9,810 nucleotides of DNA from Geosiphon pyriformis uo1 (taxonomy: Eukaryota > Fungi > Glomeromycota): positions 25,081 to 34,890 of the forward strand of contig JAAOMT010000649.1 of NCBI GenBank assembly GCA_016748015.1, in the 5' to 3' direction. The notes under the pieces are model-generated. The model had not been told where the DNA came from and searched no databases. It saw nothing but the letters and a program-made list of their open reading frames with translations. The position numbers and the translations under genes are program-made. Positions 9,379 to 9,810 of the stretch are shown here, piece by piece (position 1 is the stretch's first letter; the number at the start of each line of letters is the position of its first letter).

Positions 9379-9753
9379 TTATACACATCTATTCTGATCT
9401 GTGATACACTCGGGCTTTATCACGTACCGAAATTTAACTAACCCATCTAATGATTGGTGCGAACTACGTGAGGATATAATAAGGTATCTAGCGCAAAGAC
9501 ATTTTATAAAATTAACGGCAATATTTACTCGAGTCGGATCAAAAATTATATCGGTGGTATTTATTATCGAATTCATTTCCGTGGAACTTGTGAGGGAGTT
9601 TGCATCAATCCCAGGTTCTTGATGTATCACAATCTGTTCTTGTTCACGCCTCTGTTTTTTATTTCTACGTGCTCGGGCCTGTCGTGATAACTTCTTCGTG
9701 GGTGGTGTTTCTTCCGACGTGACAGCTTCTTTTCGTTTGTTGGTTGAGTTCAT
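9379..9753 (-). CDS. Hypothetical 124-aa protein with basic, NLS-like N-terminus
   Basis: Intact ATG-to-TAA ORF with KRK...KKLSRQARARRNKKQRR. CpGs are retained. It converges on the recombinase gene with a 14-nt gap. Confidence 0.6.
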   Translation of the reverse strand: MNSTNKRKEAVTSEETPPTKKLSRQARARRNKKQRREQEQIVIHQEPGIDANSLTSSTEMNSIINTTDIIFDPTRVNIAVNFIKCLCARYLIISSRSSHQSLDGLVKFRYVIKPECITDQNRCV

Positions 9754-9810
9754 GGTTATAATAAAGCGAATGCAGAGAAAAAATGGTCTTAATGTATTAA
9801 ATAAGTGTCT

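Larger units (their letters stand above)
3866..9753. mobile_element. Putative endogenous virus-like or linear-replicon-like DNA element relic (boundaries not defined; may extend beyond the window)
   Basis: Tightly packed, apparently intronless genes for a primase-helicase, a YR-family enzyme and small Zn-finger/basic proteins. No terminal repeats identified in the window. Confidence 0.55.

Noticed and set aside
8382-9622. ORFs 8382-8618(-) and 9401-9622(+)
   Set aside because: Antisense to better-supported genes, with no recognisable features.

Overview
Very AT-rich, CpG-depleted eukaryotic DNA. Composition and gene content suggest a fungus, possibly an arbuscular mycorrhizal Glomeromycotina species (inference only). 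The ORF track shows only fragments, but reading through stop codons reveals two decayed mobile systems. (1) About 885-3700, minus strand: a Penelope-like retroelement in a single 864-codon frame (3683->1092) with 9 in-frame stops, no frameshifts, the core RT motifs and no GIY-YIG endonuclease. Its 3' end terminates in degenerate TTAGGG telomere repeats (885-920), in the polarity expected of telomere-primed Coprina/Athena-type elements. (2) About 3866-9753: a compact, apparently intronless gene cluster. It contains a ~1170-codon AEP primase-polymerase + Zn finger + UL9-like SF2 helicase pseudogene (7382->3866), a small Cys/His zinc-finger pseudogene missed by the ORF track (7568-7852), a possible small coiled-coil gene, a tyrosine recombinase pseudogene whose motifs resemble protelomerase/telomere resolvase (8176-9364) and an intact basic ORF. 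This looks like the relic of a self-replicating virus-like or linear-plasmid-like DNA element. Bases 1-884 are extremely AT-rich, with no CpG.
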